From Octopus bimaculoides (lineage: Eukaryota), in contig NC_068996.1 in NCBI RefSeq assembly GCF_001194135.2, positions 33,190,742 through 33,254,741 of the forward strand: 64,000 bases of DNA, written 5' to 3'. Numbering within the stretch: the first letter of the stretch is position 1; every line of letters begins with the position of its first letter. Below the pieces are notes generated by a model. It was given only the letters and a program-made list of their open reading frames with translations. It made no database searches and was not told the origin of the DNA. Made by a program: the position numbers and the translations under genes. This document shows, piece by piece, positions 61,140 through 64,000 of the stretch.

Positions 61140-62430
61140 TGACATGCTGTATGGCTTTGTGCCAGTATTTGGCTAATAGTAAACCATTATTCCTGGTATT
61201 CATGTGACTTGGAGAAGGCATTTGAGAGGGTACCACATTCAGTAATTTGATGGTCACTAAGGAAACTAATGTAGATGAATGGCTTGTAAGGACTGTATAC
61301 TACCTAAACTGAGACTAACATCAAGGTAGGAGGTTCATCGAGGTTTAGTCCTCAATCCTCTCCTATTCATCATATTGCTACAAGCCATCACAAAGTAGTT
61401 AAGACAGCTATCCATGGTATCTCTGATATACTGATCATCTAGTTCACATAGCTGAATCTGCAAGAAATGGAAGCTAAGCCTAGAATCAAGAATGTTTTAA
61501 TAAGTAAGAAAAAAGACAGGACCCGGGTACCTTCAAGGAAATGGCCGTACTTGATATACAGAAAAGGAATAGGCACAAACTCCATATGCTGTACTCACTG
61601 AAAGCTATGGACACATAAGGGGTGTTGTAGTTTCACAGACAATTAACTGAGAACATAAGCTTTGCATGTACTTGACAGACTGGAGCACTATGGACTTTGA
61701 GCACACTGGAAATAGATTCTGCTAAATGCTCAGATGGTTCACTAGAAGTATTTAGTTGTCAGATAAATTCATTCATCTTTTTTTTAATATATGTTATTCC
61801 ATATTTTTCCTTGCAACTTTCCACTCTCTTGTCAATACCTTGATGGTAGAAATCACAGGGTCTTGACTTGAAGAATTCATTGCACCAGGTTTTCAGCTCT
61901 ATGACATTGTGGAATGATATGCCTTGGAGATTGAAAGTGCTCGTCTTTGGTATTCTATGATCACATGTCAAAAATGATCAAAACTTGTTGATGAAGAAAA
62001 GAGCCATAAAACACAATGATAAAAGTATTTTTTGTATTAATTCAAATAACATTGAAAAGAAATGAACAAATTCAACTGACAACCCAAAAGTGATAGCTTT
62101 TATTACCAAGGAGATGTAATTAGAAGTGGGTGATTGCACTGAAAAATAGCAGCCAGGGTAAAAACAAATTGGAAAATCAGGAAGTTGCTACCACAACTGG
62201 CAACAAAGGTCTTTCCTTCAAAGTGAAGGGCAGACTGTATGACACTTGCATTAGAATAGTTATGCTGCATGGTAATGACACATGGGCTCTGAATGCAGAG
62301 GGCTTGAGAAGATTGGAAAGAAATGAAACTAACACACTCCATTGGGTGTGCAACATAAATGTGCATGAACAACAAAGTACGTGTGTGATGAGAGAAAAAC
62401 TGGGCATAAAAAGAATCAGGACATGTGATG
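61140..62430 (+). mobile_element. Old RTE RT fragment, split by a mariner remnant
   Basis: LEKAFERVP, KLWTHKGC, then TKGLSFKVKGRLYD...MLHGNDTW after the interruption. Confidence 0.7.
61760..62125 (-). mobile_element. Mariner 3' remnant
   Basis: Minus-strand ORF ...ELKTWCNEFFKSRPCDFYHQGIDK, a typical mariner C-terminus. Confidence 0.65.
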
Positions 62431-63203
62431 TGTATGGATTAGGACAACTGTATAAAGAAATACTGATAATTTAATATTGGTAAAGCTGAAGCATTGTCCC
62501 CTAGTGTAGCAGCCATATTAGCATGAACGTACTTGTGGGCTAAACCCTTTTTCTGCAAATACTTGATAATACCATGATGCCAAATTTTGTCCGTTTTCAA
62601 GAGAAGTTGCTACTAGTTACTTTTGAAGTTTTCTTTGATGTTAGTTTATTTGGAAAAAAAAATACAGTTATTAACAAGGAGAGGTGAAGTTAATGCAAGC
62701 AAGATTTCACAGCTCTAGCATCACTCCTTCATTGTCAGCCTATGAACTTTTCAGCCCACCATTGTAAACGCAGCTCTAGTAATGTACACATTATCAGACA
62801 CACATACAATGTATGAGTTTCATTTATATGACAAATTTATTAGACCTGCTTTTAATTCATTATCTAATTTTCTTTCACAGGTTGTCAAGTTAATCATTAA
62901 AGCAAACATTAAATCAGTTAACAACGTCAACTGATCAGACAAAAGGGTGGAAAAATAAGCATTGAGGAAAAGGAAAAGGACAGGAGTAGCAGTGGAGGAT
63001 AATATGTTGAGAGAAAGAGAATATGCTACAAAAAGACAGTAAAATTGTGTTTACATATTAAAACAAGAAATAAAGAGATTTAGCCATACTTAAATTCTAA
63101 AAACTTTACATCATTAATAAATGTGGAATAAAACTCATGTTTATATGAGGTTATGTCAGAAAACCTACTGTATTAGCAAAGAGGTATTATAATGAGATAT
63201 TAG

Positions 63204-64000
63204 CAATTCCCTGCACGGGTCCATACCTCCCACACCCTCAGGGTTGGCACTGTTAACGTCGGCACACTGAAAGGTAGGTCTGGTGAGATTGTTGAGATGC
63301 TTGAACGGAGACGTGTCGATATCTGCTGCTTCCAAGAAGTAAGGTGGAGAGGAGGTTCTGCTAGGTTCCTCACAGGTAGAGAACACAAGTACAAGATTTT
63401 CTGGGCTGGAAACACAGACGGGGTCGGGGGCGTGGGTATACTTCTTGCAGAGAAATGGGTGGATAAGGTAATCGAAGTAGTTAAAGTATGTGATAGAATA
63501 CTTAACATTAGATTAGTCCTACACCATGGGTTAGCAACCATTATCTCGGCCTATGCCCCTCAGCCCGGGCTACCCGACAGACAGAAGGACCAATTTTATG
63601 ACACCCTCCTGCAGACTACCTCATCGACGAATGATAGGGACCTTCTCTTTGTGGCTGGTGACTTCAATGGTCATGTTGGACAACATTCAGGGGGCTTCTA
63701 TGGCGTACATGGAGGCTATGGTTTTGGTTCTCGCAATGAGGAGGGAACCAGGCTGCTGGAGTTCTGTGATGCAAATGACCTTATGGTCTGCAATATTAAC
63801 TTCAGGAAACCTGCCAGTCACCTAGTCACCTACCGTTCTGGCAGGCACACTAGCCAAATTGACTACATCCTTGCCAGGAAAAGGGAAAGACGGTTGCTTA
63901 TAAATGCCAAAACCTTCCCAGGTGAAGAATGCACCCCACAACATAGATTAGTAGTTAGTGACTTCAGGATCAGGGCTAAGTGGCTGCCCAGAAGACGACC
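63204..64000 (+). mobile_element. Young RTE-type LINE: uninterrupted APE endonuclease frame running off the window
   Basis: Stop-free frame LRVGTVNVGTLK...FQEVRW...SAYAPQ...AGDFNGHVG...QIDYIL...QHRLVVSDF to the window end. Not in the supplied ORF track, which seems to omit frames lacking a stop. Confidence 0.93.

Overview
AT-rich, repeat-dense animal genomic DNA with assembly N-gaps. The repeat families suggest a coleoid cephalopod, most likely Octopus (inference). The only host gene I can identify is tRNA(His) guanylyltransferase (THG1L/Thg1): three internal coding exons on the minus strand (42336-42505, 41290-41378, 38392-38499). Its 5' exons and last exon were not found in the window. The rest is mostly layered mobile DNA: about ten copies of one RTE-type LINE family that carries a C4HC3 PHD finger inside its RT domain, a second BovB-like RTE, a CR1-like LINE, several Penelope-like (PLE) fragments, Tc1/mariner/pogo/Tigger and hAT transposons, Helitron pieces, two tRNA-derived SINE families and microsatellites. 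The most notable item is a 432-bp insertion at 59298-59729, bounded by a 13-bp target duplication. It joins a tRNA-derived Pol III head to a hammerhead-ribozyme module that is present twice in inverted orientation, i.e. a candidate ribozyme-bearing SINE/retrozyme. A separate, well-formed hammerhead lies in a PLE terminal region at 28947-28998. Many repeat boundaries are approximate, and family names come from motif recognition, not database searches.
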